A stretch of DNA of 64,000 bases from an uncultured Actinomycetota bacterium (GTDB taxonomy: Bacteria > Actinomycetota > Actinomycetes > Propionibacteriales > Nocardioidaceae): assembly GCA_963791275.1 (NCBI GenBank), contig CAWBRP010000008.1, positions 6,809 to 70,808 of the forward strand, written 5' to 3'. The notes beneath the pieces are model-generated. The model did not search any database and had not been told where the DNA came from. It was given only the letters and a program-made list of their open reading frames with translations. Positions within the stretch are counted from its first letter, which is position 1. Each line of letters starts with the position of its first letter. The translations under genes were made by a program, and so were the position numbers. This document shows, in pieces, positions 23,366 through 34,319 of the stretch.

Positions 23366-24744
23366 GAGGGGCTCCTGATCAGGGACAGCAGGTCGTCACG
23401 GACGCGCACCATGGTGGCGCGGTCCTTCCCCTCGGCGTTGAGCCGGAGGAGGGGTTCGGTGTTGGAGGCGCGGACGTTGAAGCCCCAGTCGGCGTGCGTG
23501 CCGGAGAGGCCGTCGAGCTCGTCCAGGTCGACGTCGGGGTGGTCGGCGTAGTGGCGGCGGATCCGGTCCACGACCGCCCCGCTGTCGGGCACCTCGCTGT
23601 TGATCTCGCCGCTGGCGACGTACCGGTCGAAGTCGGCCATCAGGGCCGAGAGCGGGCGCTCCTGCTCCGCGAGGGCGGCGAGCACGTGCAGCGCGGCCAG
23701 CATGCCGGAGTCGGCACGCCAGAAGTCGCGGAAGTAGAAGTGGCCGGAGTGCTCGCCGCCGAAGATCGCGTTGGTCTCGGCCATCCGGGCCTTGATGCCC
23801 GAGTGACCCACCTTGGTGCGCACCGGGACACCGCCGAGCTCGGTGACGATCTCGGCGACGGCACGGCTGGTGATCAGGTTGTGGATGATCGTGGCCCCGG
23901 GCTCCTTGGCGAGCTCACGGGACGCGATGAGCCCGGTGACGGCGGACGGTGACACCACCGCACCGCGCTCGTCCACCAGGAAGCAGCGGTCCGCGTCGCC
24001 GTCGAAGGCCAGCCCCACGTCGGCCCGCTCGGCGACCACCCGGGCCTGCAGGTCGACCAGGGTGGTGGCGTCCAGCGGGTTCGCGTCGTGGTTCGGGAAG
24101 GTGCCGTCCAGCTCGAAGTAGAGCGGCACCAGGTCGACCTGCTCGGACCCGAGCCGGTCGAAGACGGCCGGCACGGTGTGCCCGGCCATGGCGTTGCCGG
24201 CGTCGACGACGACCTTGAGCCGGCGACCGCGCACCGGCGCCAGGGTGAGCACGTGCGCGGCATACGCCTCGAGCACGTCGTGCTGGGCGATCGAGCCCTC
24301 CCGGGCCGCGCGACGAGGGGCCCCCGCCGCGACCAGGTCGCGGATCTCGGTGAGCCCGGTGTCGCGACCCACCGGCCGGGCGAGGGACCGGCACAGCTTG
24401 ATCCCGTTGTACGCCGCGGGGTTGTGGCTGGCGGTGAACATGGCGCCGGCCTGGCCCAGGAACCCCGAGGCGAAGTACAGCTGGTCGGTGGACGCCAGGC
24501 CGATCATCGTGACGTCGGCACCGGCGGCGGCCGCGCCCTCGGCGAAGGCGGCCGCGAGGCTCGGCGACGAGGGCCGCATGTCGTGACCGACCACCACGCT
24601 CGGGGAGCCGGTCACCTCGACGAACGCGGCTCCCACCCGGCGGGCGAGCTCGTCGTCGATCTGGTCCGGCACCGTGCCGCGGACGTCGTAGGCCTTGAAG
24701 ACGGCCGCGAGGTTCGTCGGGTCGACGGCGGCGGTGGAGGGCAC
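23362..24744 (-). CDS. manB: phosphomannomutase/phosphoglucomutase
   Basis: FKAYDVRG, TASHNP, FDGDADR, GGEHSGHFYF, VRASNTEPLLRLN. Confidence 0.95.
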   Translation of the reverse strand: MPSTAAVDPTNLAAVFKAYDVRGTVPDQIDDELARRVGAAFVEVTGSPSVVVGHDMRPSSPSLAAAFAEGAAAAGADVTMIGLASTDQLYFASGFLGQAGAMFTASHNPAAYNGIKLCRSLARPVGRDTGLTEIRDLVAAGAPRRAAREGSIAQHDVLEAYAAHVLTLAPVRGRRLKVVVDAGNAMAGHTVPAVFDRLGSEQVDLVPLYFELDGTFPNHDANPLDATTLVDLQARVVAERADVGLAFDGDADRCFLVDERGAVVSPSAVTGLIASRELAKEPGATIIHNLITSRAVAEIVTELGGVPVRTKVGHSGIKARMAETNAIFGGEHSGHFYFRDFWRADSGMLAALHVLAALAEQERPLSALMADFDRYVASGEINSEVPDSGAVVDRIRRHYADHPDVDLDELDGLSGTHADWGFNVRASNTEPLLRLNAEGKDRATMVRVRDDLLSLIRSPS

Positions 24745-24767
24745 GGTCAGAGGCTATGCCCTGCCGC

Positions 24768-25124
24768 TCAGTCGGAGGAGAGCACCCGCAGGTGGCCCCG
24801 GCGCGCGGTCTCGCGGCCCGTCTCCTCGATGTACGGCGCGGGCTCGGGTGCCGGTCGGGCCGCCTCGCGGACGGCGTCGGCCAGGGCGAGCAGGTCGTCG
24901 GTCGTGGGCCCGCCGGCGTCCGGGTCGGGAGCCAGGCGCAGCACCTCCCAGCCGCGCGGCACCGAGAGCCGCTCGCCGTGTGCCGCGCAGAGGTCGTAGG
25001 CGTGCGGCTCGGCGTAGGTCGACAGAGGCCCGAGCACCGCGGTCTGGTCGGCGTAGACGAAGGTGAGCGTCGAGATGGCGGCGCGTCCGCACGCGGTGCG
25101 CGAACAGCGACGGGAGGGGCTCAC
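24768..25124 (-). CDS. DUF3499 family protein
   Basis: RRCSRTAC..A..TLTFVYADQTAVLGPL..EPHAYDLC..H...PRGWEV...DDLLALADAVRE...RRGHLRVL. Confidence 0.9.
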   Translation of the reverse strand: MSPSRRCSRTACGRAAISTLTFVYADQTAVLGPLSTYAEPHAYDLCAAHGERLSVPRGWEVLRLAPDPDAGGPTTDDLLALADAVREAARPAPEPAPYIEETGRETARRGHLRVLSSD

Positions 25125-25188
25125 GGCCCGACCGTACCGGCCACCGGCACACCGCCCGCTGAGGCTCGCCCGTAGTAGGTTCGCCCGC

Positions 25189-25638
25189 GTGGATCCGACG
25201 CCCGACGGCAGCCGCCCGCCGCGTCGCCGCGTGCGGGACCGCCGGGGCCGGGGCCCGCGCGGTCCCGAGGTGCTGCCGGAGGTGCCGGGCCGGCCCCTGC
25301 GGCCTACGTCGCGGCAACGCTTCGACGACCTGGCGCTGCGCATCGTCGCGGAGATCGACGAGCGCTGGCAGGACCGGCTCGGGCTGCTGGAGTACGCCGT
25401 CGAGGACGCGCCGCAGGTGCCGGACGACTGGCACCCGGACACCGTCCCGTTGTCCTCGCTGATCCGCGGCACGGGCAGCCAGTCCACGCGGCTGGTGCTG
25501 TTCCGGCGGCCCATCGAGCACCGCAGCGAGTCGCGCGCGGAGCTCGAGGCGATGGTGCTGACCGTGGTGGTCGAGCAGGTGGCCGAGCTCCTCGGCATCC
25601 CGGCCGAGGACGTCGACCCGCGCTACGAGCGCCCCTGA
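25189..25638 (+). CDS. zincin-like metallopeptidase family protein (DUF1025)
   Basis: RDRRGRGPRGP, FDDL, EYAVED.P, RLVLFRRPIE.R, VEQVAELLG..PEDVDP. Confidence 0.85.
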   Translation: MDPTPDGSRPPRRRVRDRRGRGPRGPEVLPEVPGRPLRPTSRQRFDDLALRIVAEIDERWQDRLGLLEYAVEDAPQVPDDWHPDTVPLSSLIRGTGSQSTRLVLFRRPIEHRSESRAELEAMVLTVVVEQVAELLGIPAEDVDPRYERP

Positions 25639-25645
25639 CCGTCGC

Positions 25646-27050
25646 TCAAGGCAGGGCGGGGCCCACCTGCGGCACCAGCCCGCTGCGCACGATCTCGGCG
25701 AGCGGCACGACCACCGCCCCGCGGGGTGAGGTGACCAGCACCGAGACGACCGCCTCGGTGCGGCTCATCGCCACGGAGACCGAGGCCGCGCCCGCGGGCA
25801 GCCGCACCGAGGCGCTCCGGTCCGGGCCGATCTCGACCCGGGCCTCGCGCAGCTCACGACCTCCGGCCGTCCGGGTGACGACGGTGGCCACCCCGGGCCG
25901 CTCCGCGCCGGCGAGCAGCAGGCGCTTCGCACCGGTCGGCAGCAGTGCCGCGCCCTCGGTGGAGATCGCCGGGGTGACGACCGTGTGCGTGACGTCGTCG
26001 TCCACGACCGTGCGTAGTCCCGCCGACACGGGGTGGGTGGCCTCGATCAGCAGGCCGGTGGCACCGGCGGCGACCTCCGGGCCGAGCACCGCGTCGAGGG
26101 AGACCGACTGCACCGAGCCCGGCGGGATGCTGATCTCGCCGAGGCCCTCCGGCTGGAAGGTGCTCTCCGGGCTGACCACGCGGACCTGGACGCGGGTCTC
26201 GTCGTCACCGCCGTTGGCCACCGTCAGCCGACGGGTGCCGACGCCCGTGGGCAGCCCGAGCAGCACGCCGGAGGTGACCGGCGCGCCCTGCGGCGTCAGC
26301 CAGTCGGACGAGGAGGGTCCCTTGCCGAGCGTGTCGACGGTGTCGAGCACCGAGCTGACCAGCCGGCCGCGAGACACCACGACCTGGACCGCGAGCTCGG
26401 TGCGCCGCGGGATGATGCGGGCCAGGTCCAGCGGGATGCTGCTGCGCCCGGGCACCCGGATGCCGCGGACCGCGGGGACGTCCAGCGGACCGCTGGGAGC
26501 CAGGATGGTCAGGTCGGCGATGGCCGGGCCCGGGTCGGGGTTGACGAGCTCGACGACCGACGCGTGGGCCGGCCGCGCCCCGGCGCCGGGGAACCACGTC
26601 TCCGGCAGGGGGCCCCCGCAGGTCGTGCCGGAGCCGTCGCCCAACCGGGCGGCCAGCAGGCCCGGTGCCAGGTCGTCCTCACCGGTCACCACGGCCGCCT
26701 CGGGCACCGGCGCGCTGGAGACCCGGCCGGGCCGCACGTCCACCGGTCGGGGCGGGTCGTCGGTCCCGAGGACGTCCACGGTGACCTGACCGTCCTCCTC
26801 GGCCAGGACGCTGCCGATCGCGAGCCGGGGGCTGTCGCCGCCGCGCGGACGTCGGGCAGCCGAGGTTCACCCGGGTCAGCTCGGTGAGCTCGGGCGGGCG
26901 GGCCGGGGCCTCGGGCTGGTCGGTGCGCACGAGCGCGAGCGCGCCGAGCGTGAGCAGGGGGACGAGGACAGCGAGGACGAGGGCCGCCGACACGCGCCGA
27001 CGGGGCGCGGTCGCGGGGGCCGACCGGCGGCCGGGGGTCGGGTCGCTCAT
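25646..27050 (-). CDS. DUF5719-family secreted/membrane protein (frameshifts ~26850-26790)
   Basis: N-terminal TM and Cys, WFPGAG..LVNP..PA..D, beta-rich repeats; ATGA overlap with the upstream GT2. Confidence 0.75.
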
Positions 27051-29971
27051 CGGCGTCGCTCCCGCCAGGTCGGGCCGCACAGGACGGCGACCACGAGGAT
27101 CGCGAGCACCTGGACGACCAGGAGCACGGTGCGCAGCCACGACCCCGGACCGTCGAGCGCACCGGCCGCGGGCTCCTCGTCGATCCTCCAGGCGCGGGTG
27201 GCGCGATCCTCGGCGCTCGCCTGGCTCAGCCCGACGGCGGCGTCCAGCTGAGCGGCGAGGCGGCCGTCCGCGGGCGCCGGCAGCACGACGTACTCGATGC
27301 CGCGGGCGGAGATGGCGGAGATCACCTCCGGCGTCGGCCGGGAGACCAGCGCGCGCAGGGACTCCGAGAAGGCGTCGTCCTCGTCGGTCTGCGCGAGGAT
27401 CTCGTCCTCACCGAGCGTGTCCCCGTCCCCGCGCCGGATGGTGTAGTCCAGCCCGGTCTCGACGTCACCGCGCACCACGAGCACGCCGTGCTCCGGCCCG
27501 AGCTGCGAGCTCTGGCTCATGTACGCCGGGATGTCCGAGGTCTCGTCGGCGCTCAGGTCGCCGTGGTTCCCTGCCGCGAACCAGACCGCACCCGCGACGG
27601 GAACGCCCAGGGCGACCACCATCGGGATGACCGCCAGCCGGCGCCGCCACGGGGACTCGGCCGCGCGCAGTGCCAGGAGGAGGGCCAGACCGCCCGCCGC
27701 GGCGGCGACGATGAGGGCGCCCTGCACGACCGGGATCATCGCCGCGGCACCCACGCGAACAGCACCCCCGACCACGACGACGGTCGGGAAGCTGACCAGC
27801 GCGGCGGTGACGGCCGCCACGAGCGCGGTCGTCCAGCAGGCGACCGCGGCGACCCGGGACGTGCGCGGCAGCAGGGCCAGCACCGCCGCGGCGATGACCG
27901 GCCAGGTCAGCCAGGCCGGCGCGCCCACGTCGTCGACCCGTCCGAGGAGCAGGTCGGTGAAGCCGGCCACCGCGACCGGTAGCCGGCCGGCGTCCAGGAG
28001 CAGGGCGCCGGGTCGGCCGGCCAGCAGCAGGGGCAACCACCACGGCAGCAGCAGCAGCGGCACCACGCCCAGCGCGACCAGCGGCGGCGCGGACACCGAG
28101 CGGTCCGCGACCAGGCTGCGGCTGAACGCCACGCCCAGTCCGAGCACGAGGAGGGTGAGCAGCACGAAGAACGGGAACGTCACGGGCGCGAACGCCGTGG
28201 TGGTCGCCAGCAGCAGCCCGGTGCGCCAGGCGGCCCGCCACCGACGTTCCGACTCCGGGTCCCCGAAGCCGAGGGCCGCGTGCGCCAGCCAGGGCAGCAG
28301 CGTCGCCGCGGCGACCAGCCCGAGCCGACCGCCTCCCCAGGCGCCGCTGACCGCCGGCACGAGGCCGTACGTCGCGGCCGCGCCGGCCAGCAGCCACCGC
28401 GGCATGCCGGCCGGCGTCAGCAGGCGGCCGACGACGCGGACGAGCCGCCAGGCACCCCACAGCGCGACCGGGACGGCGAGCACCAGCACCGCGCTGACCG
28501 CGGCCGCCGGGCTGCCGCCGAGCAGGGACGCGAGGGCGGCCAGCGGCAGCAGGTACGCCGGCGCCGGCGCGTCGGACCCGAGGGCCAGGGCGTGCCAGTG
28601 CTCGACATAGAGCCCCCACCAGTCGGCGGCCCGGGCCGGGACCGGCGCCAGGGCGCCGCCGGACACCGTCCCCCACGCCTGTCGGGTGCCGACCAGGACG
28701 GCGACCACGAACGCCGCGAGGCCGAGCGCGACGGGGCTGGTCAGGAACCGCGTCAGCAGCCCGGAGTCGGGCTCGAGCTCGTCCTCGTCGTCGTCGGTGA
28801 CGACGACGTGCCGCACGGGGGCGGCCGAGCCGGCCGCGGAGTGCGCCGGCGCGGCCGCGGCCTCCGCCGCCGCCTGCTCGAGAGCGGCGGCGCGGCGACG
28901 CTCGGCGACGTCCTGCGCCTGGTTGGTGGCGGCCGCGGCCAGGTCGCTGACGAAGTCCAGCCCGTGCCGGTACGGCACCCACCACGGAGCCAGCAGACCG
29001 CGGACCGTCGCGGGGTCCGCCGTGGTCAGGGCCCGCCGGGCCTGGCGGGCCGCGTGGAGCTGGCGTGGTCGGGAGTAGACCGAGAGCAGCGCCGCCAGCT
29101 CGTCGAGGGCCTCGCCGACCGAGCGCACCAAGAGGTAGCCGATGACCCGGATGACCGTGCCGAGGGCGAGCCGGATGACGCGGAACGGCAGGGACCGGGC
29201 CCTGCTGTTGGCCAGCAGCGTGTAGAGCGCCCCGCGCCGCTCCTGGTAGTGCGTGTGCCGGCCGGTCAGCGGGGTCCGACGGATGCCGCGATGGGCCGCC
29301 TCGGCGTGGAAGACGACGGCCTGCGGCACGACGATGGTGCGGTAGCCGGCGGACGCGGCGCGCCAGCCGAAGTCCAGGTCGTTGCCGAACACCGGCAGCG
29401 CGGGGTCGAAGCCGTCCAGCGCGCGGAGCACGTCGAGGCGCACCAGCATGCCCGCGGTGTTGACCGCGAGCACCCGGCGGACGTCGTCGTGCTGGCCCTG
29501 GTCGTACTCACCGCGCTCCAGCCCGGTCTCGCGGCGACCGGTCGCGGAGATGGTGACGCCGAGCTCGAGCAGCCGACGCAACGAGGGCCACTCGCGCAGC
29601 TTGGGACCGAGGACGTCCGCCTCGGGGTCGGCCGCGGCGGCACCGAGCAGCTCGGCGAGCGCGGTGGGTGCCGGGTTGGCGTCGTCGTGCAGCAGCCACA
29701 CCCACGTGGGCTGCTCGTGCAGGTCGTCCAGCAGGCCCAGCCCGAGGTCGACGGCGGCGGCGAACGGGGTCTGGCGGCCGGCCGTGGCGAGGTGGTCGGC
29801 GCCGAGCGCGTCGGTCAGGAGGTCGAGGCTGTCGTCCTTGCTGCCGGTGTCGACCGCGACCACCCGGTCGGGTGCCCGGGTCTGGGCGGCGATGCCGTCG
29901 AGCACGGCCGGCAGCCATCGGGCTCCACCGTGGCTGACCAGCACCACCGCGACCCGCTCCGTGCTCGACAC
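27047..29971 (-). CDS. large membrane glycosyltransferase family 2
   Basis: VLVSHGGARWLP, VDTGS, WLLHDD, GPKL, DQGQHD, VNTAGML, DLDFGWR followed by many TM helices. Confidence 0.9.
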   Translation of the reverse strand: MSSTERVAVVLVSHGGARWLPAVLDGIAAQTRAPDRVVAVDTGSKDDSLDLLTDALGADHLATAGRQTPFAAAVDLGLGLLDDLHEQPTWVWLLHDDANPAPTALAELLGAAAADPEADVLGPKLREWPSLRRLLELGVTISATGRRETGLERGEYDQGQHDDVRRVLAVNTAGMLVRLDVLRALDGFDPALPVFGNDLDFGWRAASAGYRTIVVPQAVVFHAEAAHRGIRRTPLTGRHTHYQERRGALYTLLANSRARSLPFRVIRLALGTVIRVIGYLLVRSVGEALDELAALLSVYSRPRQLHAARQARRALTTADPATVRGLLAPWWVPYRHGLDFVSDLAAAATNQAQDVAERRRAAALEQAAAEAAAAPAHSAAGSAAPVRHVVVTDDDEDELEPDSGLLTRFLTSPVALGLAAFVVAVLVGTRQAWGTVSGGALAPVPARAADWWGLYVEHWHALALGSDAPAPAYLLPLAALASLLGGSPAAAVSAVLVLAVPVALWGAWRLVRVVGRLLTPAGMPRWLLAGAAATYGLVPAVSGAWGGGRLGLVAAATLLPWLAHAALGFGDPESERRWRAAWRTGLLLATTTAFAPVTFPFFVLLTLLVLGLGVAFSRSLVADRSVSAPPLVALGVVPLLLLPWWLPLLLAGRPGALLLDAGRLPVAVAGFTDLLLGRVDDVGAPAWLTWPVIAAAVLALLPRTSRVAAVACWTTALVAAVTAALVSFPTVVVVGGAVRVGAAAMIPVVQGALIVAAAAGGLALLLALRAAESPWRRRLAVIPMVVALGVPVAGAVWFAAGNHGDLSADETSDIPAYMSQSSQLGPEHGVLVVRGDVETGLDYTIRRGDGDTLGEDEILAQTDEDDAFSESLRALVSRPTPEVISAISARGIEYVVLPAPADGRLAAQLDAAVGLSQASAEDRATRAWRIDEEPAAGALDGPGSWLRTVLLVVQVLAILVVAVLCGPTWRERRR

Positions 29972-30034
29972 CGGGGCAGCCTAGCCACGGACGGGGTGCC
30001 TACCGCGAATCGCGGCGGCCGCCTCGGAGCAGTC

Positions 30035-30289
30035 TCAGACGGCGCGCTTCTTGAGCTTGCGGCGCTCCCGCTCCGAGAGGCCACCCCAGATGCCGAAGCG
30101 CTCGTCGTTCATGAGCGCCGACTCCAGGCAGTCGGTGCGGACCTCGCAGGTCAGGCACACCTTCTTGGCCTCCCGGGTCGATCCGCCCTTCTCCGGGAAG
30201 AAGGCCTCGGGATCGGTCTGTGCGCACAGGGCGCGGTCCTGCCAGCCCGCCTCTTCGGCGTCCGGCTCGAGAAGAAACAGTTCCCTCAC
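30035..30289 (-). CDS. whiB: WhiB-family Fe-S transcription factor (WhiB/WhiB2 type)
   Basis: WQDRALCAQTDPEAFFPEKGGSTREAKKVC..CEVR..CL...ERFGIWGGLSERERRKL. Confidence 0.96.
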   Translation of the reverse strand: MRELFLLEPDAEEAGWQDRALCAQTDPEAFFPEKGGSTREAKKVCLTCEVRTDCLESALMNDERFGIWGGLSERERRKLKKRAV

Positions 30290-30337
30290 AGCTTCGCCCT
30301 TTCGACCCACGTGCTCCGTTCGAAGAACACTATGGGA

Positions 30338-30367
30338 ATTACATGCCTGTCGTACACCGAAAGTCAA
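30338..30367 (-). promoter_or_regulatory. sigma70-type promoter of whiB
   Basis: TTGACT (30367-30362) N18 TGTAAT (30343-30338) in an AT-richer intergenic region. Confidence 0.65.
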
Positions 30368-30443
30368 GATAAGTTCTGGTATGCGACCAGGTTCCGTCCG
30401 GGCAGTCGGCACCCCCGGTGGGCCATGCGGCAGGCTTTGGGCC

Positions 30444-31429
30444 ATGGCGCCACGCAAGCTCACGGTCCTCTCCGGCGGCATCGGCGGGGCCAGGTTCCTC
30501 CAGGGACTGCTGCACGCCGCCGCCGTCGAGGGCCCCTTCGACGTCACCGTGGTCGCCAACACCGCCGACGACCTCTGGCTGCACGGGCTCAAGATCTGCC
30601 CCGACCTGGACACCGGTGATGTACACCCTCGGCGACGGCATCGACCTCGAGCGCGGGTGGGGACGCCGCGAGGAGACCTGGAGCGTCAAGGAGGAGCTCG
30701 CGGCGTACGGCGCCGAGGCGCCGTGGTTCGGCCTCGGCGACCGGGACATCGCGACCCACCTCATGCGGACGCGGATGCTGGAGGCCGGCTACCCACTCTC
30801 CGAGGTGACCGCGGCGCTCTGCCGACGCTGGCAGCCGGGGGTGCGGCTGCTGCCGATGAGCGACGACCGCGTCGAGACGCACATCGCCATCGCGGACCCC
30901 GCAGCGCCGAGCGGGCGCCGGGTCGTGCACTTCCAGGAGTACTGGGTGCGCCTGCACGCCGAGGTGGCCGCCGAGGCGGTGCTCGTGGTCGGGCTCGAGG
31001 ACGCCGTCCCCGCACCGGGCGTGCTCGAGGCGATCGCGGACGGCGGACGTCGTCATCGTCCCTCCGTCCAACCCGGTCGTGTCGGTCGGGACGATCCTCG
31101 GGGTGCCTGGCATCCGGGACGCCCTCCGCACCACGCCGGCCAGGATCGTCGGCCTCTCCCCCATCATCGGCGGCGCCCACGTCCGGGGCATGGCCGAGCA
31201 GCTGCTCACCTCCATCGGCGTGGAGGTGTCCGCCGCCGGTGTCGCGCAGCACTACGGCAGCCGCTCCGGCAGTGGGGTGCTGGACGGGTGGCTGGTCGAC
31301 ACGGTGGACGCGGAGAGCGTCCCGACGGTCGTGGCGGCCGGGATCGCCTGCCGGGCCGTGCCGCTGCTGATGACCGACCACGACGCGACCGCAGCCATGG
31401 CCCGCGCCGCTCTGGACCTGGTGTCGTGA
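30444..31429 (+). CDS. cofD: 2-phospho-L-lactate transferase (F420 biosynthesis); frameshifts ~30613 and ~31042
   Basis: LSGGIGGARFL, NTADD..HGLKICPDLDT, WFGLGDRDIATH, PMSDD, HFQEYW, PSNPVVS. Confidence 0.9.
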
Positions 31430-32391
31430 CCCTCACGGTCCACGCCGTGGACGGCGTGCCCGAGGTGCGTGGAGGCGACGACCTGGGTGGTCTCCTGCTG
31501 GCCGCGCTCGCCGCCGGCGGCCTCGGGCTCGCGGACGGCGACGTCGTGGTGGTCACCAGCAAGGTGGTCAGCAAGGCGGAGGGCCTGCTCCGCCCTGGCA
31601 GCCGCGACGACGCGCTGTCCGACGAGACCGTCAGGGTGGTGGCCCGGCGCGGGCCGACCACCATCGTGCGCACCCGGCACGGGTTGACCATGGCCGCGGC
31701 CGGTGTCGACGCCTCGAACGTCGAGCGCGACCACGTGCTGCTCCTCCCCCGCGACCCGGACGGGTCGGCGCGCTCGTTGCGTGCCCGGCTCCGCCTCGCC
31801 ACCGGCGCGACCGTGGCGGTCGTCGTCACCGACAGCGCCGGCCGTCCGTGGCGTGAGGGCCAGACCGACATCGCCATCGGGGCGGCCGGGCTACCCGTCC
31901 TCCTCGACCACCGCGGACAGGTGGACGGGCACGGCAACGAGCTCGCCGTGACCGCTCCCGCCGTCGCCGACGAGATCGCGGGGGCCGCCGAGCTGGTGCA
32001 GGGCAAGCTGACCGGCCGCCCGTTCGCGCTCGTCCGCGGGCTGGGCCACCTCGTGCTGCCGGCCGACGACGACGGACCCGGGGCGACGGCCCTGGTCCGT
32101 CCCGACGCCGGCGACCTGTTCGGCTACGGCGCGCGCGAGGCCGTCGCCCGCGCCCTGACCGGCGACCCGGCCGACCGGGTCGGCTTCGGAGCCCCCGCGT
32201 CCGCCGAGGAGCTGGTCGACCTCCTCGACCGGGTGCTCGACGGCCATGGCCGCGTGACCCGCGACTCCTCCGGCGAGGTCACCGCGCCCGACGACCCCCG
32301 GGTCGCCCCGTTGGCCTTCGCGTGCGGCTGGGAGTCCTTGCGGGTCGGGGATTCCGGTGTCGGGCACCGGTGGCGACCAGCGGTTCCGTAG
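31426..32391 (+). CDS. cofE: coenzyme F420-0:L-glutamate ligase
   Basis: PEVRGGDDL, DGDVVVVTSKVVSKAEG, AAAGVDASN, LLPRDPDGSA, DSAGRPWREGQTDIAIGAAG. Confidence 0.92.
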   Translation: MTLTVHAVDGVPEVRGGDDLGGLLLAALAAGGLGLADGDVVVVTSKVVSKAEGLLRPGSRDDALSDETVRVVARRGPTTIVRTRHGLTMAAAGVDASNVERDHVLLLPRDPDGSARSLRARLRLATGATVAVVVTDSAGRPWREGQTDIAIGAAGLPVLLDHRGQVDGHGNELAVTAPAVADEIAGAAELVQGKLTGRPFALVRGLGHLVLPADDDGPGATALVRPDAGDLFGYGAREAVARALTGDPADRVGFGAPASAEELVDLLDRVLDGHGRVTRDSSGEVTAPDDPRVAPLAFACGWESLRVGDSGVGHRWRPAVP

Positions 32392-32462
32392 ACTTCCTCC
32401 TCGATCCCCCGTCGTCGTCCGGCGACACCCGACTTGCTCCCGCACCTCCGAGGACCCGCGAC

Positions 32463-33212
32463 GTGGCCAAGACCACCAAGAACGACAAGACCGAGCGCCA
32501 AGCCCTGGTCGACAAGATGATGGCCCAGCAGAAGGCCGGCGAGCGGGCCCGTGGCTACCGGATCATCGGGGTCTGCGTCGTGGTCGCGCTGCTCATCATC
32601 GGTGCCGCGGCCTACCGCCCGGTCAAGGACTGGTGGGACCAGCGCTCGTTCGAGGACCTCCAGCTCAGCGATGTCGGCGCCGCGGCGACGGTCTGCAGCA
32701 AGCCGACGACGGCGCCCGCGGAGGGCACCCAGGACCACGTGGAGGAGGGCACGCCGCTCGACATCCTCGGCTCCCCGCCGGCCTTCGGCCAGCACTACAA
32801 CGTGCCCGCCGCGATGGACCGCAAGTTCTACACGACCGCCGACCGTCCCGAGCTGGGCACGCTGATCCACAACCTCGAGCACGGCTACACGATCCTCTGG
32901 TACGACGAGACCGCCGCCGGCGACGCCGACATGATGAACGAGATCCGCGCCCTCGCGAAGAAGCTCGACACCAACGACGGCAACTTCCGCAACAAGTTCA
33001 AGGCCGTGCCGTGGACCTCGGACGACGGCGACGCGTTCCCCGACGGCCAGCACATCGCGTTCACGCACTGGTCTGCCGGCGGCGTCGGCGACGACGCCAC
33101 AGGCAAGCAGGTCGGCGTCACCCAGTACTGCTCCGCCCCCAGCGGCGCGGCGCTGGAGGACTTCATGGTCAAGTACCCCTACGTCGACTCGCCCGAGCCC
33201 GACGCGATGTGA
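32463..33212 (+). CDS. DUF3105 domain membrane-anchored protein
   Basis: TM, DHV, PPAFGQHY, LIHNLEHGYTILWY. Confidence 0.85.
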   Translation: MAKTTKNDKTERQALVDKMMAQQKAGERARGYRIIGVCVVVALLIIGAAAYRPVKDWWDQRSFEDLQLSDVGAAATVCSKPTTAPAEGTQDHVEEGTPLDILGSPPAFGQHYNVPAAMDRKFYTTADRPELGTLIHNLEHGYTILWYDETAAGDADMMNEIRALAKKLDTNDGNFRNKFKAVPWTSDDGDAFPDGQHIAFTHWSAGGVGDDATGKQVGVTQYCSAPSGAALEDFMVKYPYVDSPEPDAM

Positions 33213-33215
33213 CCC

Positions 33216-34286
33216 TCAGGTCAGCCCGGGGGCGGACCCACCGAGCTCGGTGACGATCGCCTTCACGTCCTGCGCGCGCGCCCGCGTGGTGACCAGGAGG
33301 GCGTCGCCGGTGTCAACGACCACCACGTCGTCGAGGCCGACGACGGCGATCACGCGCCCGCCCCACGGGACCACGAGGCCGCTGGCGTCGACGGCGCGCA
33401 CCAGGCTCGCGTCCCCGAGGACGACCGGGCCGGTCTCCGGGACCGGGAGCACCGAGGCGAGCGACGCGAAGTCGCCGATGTCGTCCCAGCCGAAGGAGCC
33501 GGGCACCACCGCGACCCGGCCGGCCGCGGCGGCCGGCTCGGCGACGGCGTGGTCGATCGCGATCCTCGGCAGCGTCGGCCACACCTCGGCCAGCGTCTCC
33601 GGGGCCGCGGCCAGGCCGCGCAGGGCGGCGGCGAAACCCGGGTCGTCGTCCGCCAGCAGGTCGAGCAGCACGGACGGCCGGACCACGAACATCCCGGCGT
33701 TCCACCGGTAGCCACCGGAGGCGACGTACGACGCGGCCGTCTCGGCCTCGGGCTTCTCGACGAACTCCCGGACCACCGCCGCGCCCGCGTGGCCGGGCAG
33801 CGGGTCACCGACCTCGATGTAGCCGAACCCGGTCGCGGGGTGCGTCGGCTCGATGCCGATCGTGACCAGCCAGTCGTCGCGGGCCACCTCGACGGCCAGC
33901 CGGACGCAGGCCCGGAAGGCGTCAGTGTCGGCGACCACGTGGTCGGCGGCGAACGAACCCATGATCGCGTCCGGGTCGTGCCGCTCGAGCAGCGCCGCGG
34001 CCCAGCCGATGGCGGCCATCGAGTCGCGCGGGGACGGCTCTGCCACCAACCACCGGGGGTCGACCTCGGGCAGCTGCGCGGTGACGGCGTCGAGGTGGGC
34101 CGCGCCGGTCACCACCAGGAATCGGCCGGCCGCCAGCGGCGCGAGCCGGTCGACGGTCGCCTGGATCATGGTGCGCCCGGAGGCGCTGAGGTCGAGCAGG
34201 AACTTCGGGGTCGCGCGCCGCGACAGGGGCCACAGCCGGGTCCCCGCACCCCCGGCGGGCACCACCGCCCAGAACGACTCGCTCAT
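33216..34286 (-). CDS. manC: mannose-1-phosphate guanylyltransferase
   Basis: VVPAGGAGTRLWPLSR..PKF, EPSPRDS, ADH, TGFGYI, FVEKP, WNAGMF, WDDIG. Confidence 0.93.
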   Translation of the reverse strand: MSESFWAVVPAGGAGTRLWPLSRRATPKFLLDLSASGRTMIQATVDRLAPLAAGRFLVVTGAAHLDAVTAQLPEVDPRWLVAEPSPRDSMAAIGWAAALLERHDPDAIMGSFAADHVVADTDAFRACVRLAVEVARDDWLVTIGIEPTHPATGFGYIEVGDPLPGHAGAAVVREFVEKPEAETAASYVASGGYRWNAGMFVVRPSVLLDLLADDDPGFAAALRGLAAAPETLAEVWPTLPRIAIDHAVAEPAAAAGRVAVVPGSFGWDDIGDFASLASVLPVPETGPVVLGDASLVRAVDASGLVVPWGGRVIAVVGLDDVVVVDTGDALLVTTRARAQDVKAIVTELGGSAPGLT

Positions 34287-34319
34287 GAATGGGCAGGCTA
34301 GCCTGCCTAGGCTGAGGCG

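Noticed and set aside
30418-32391. CofD-CofE fusion ORF
   Set aside because: Caused by cofD frameshifts; cofD ends at 31429 with a GTGA overlap to cofE
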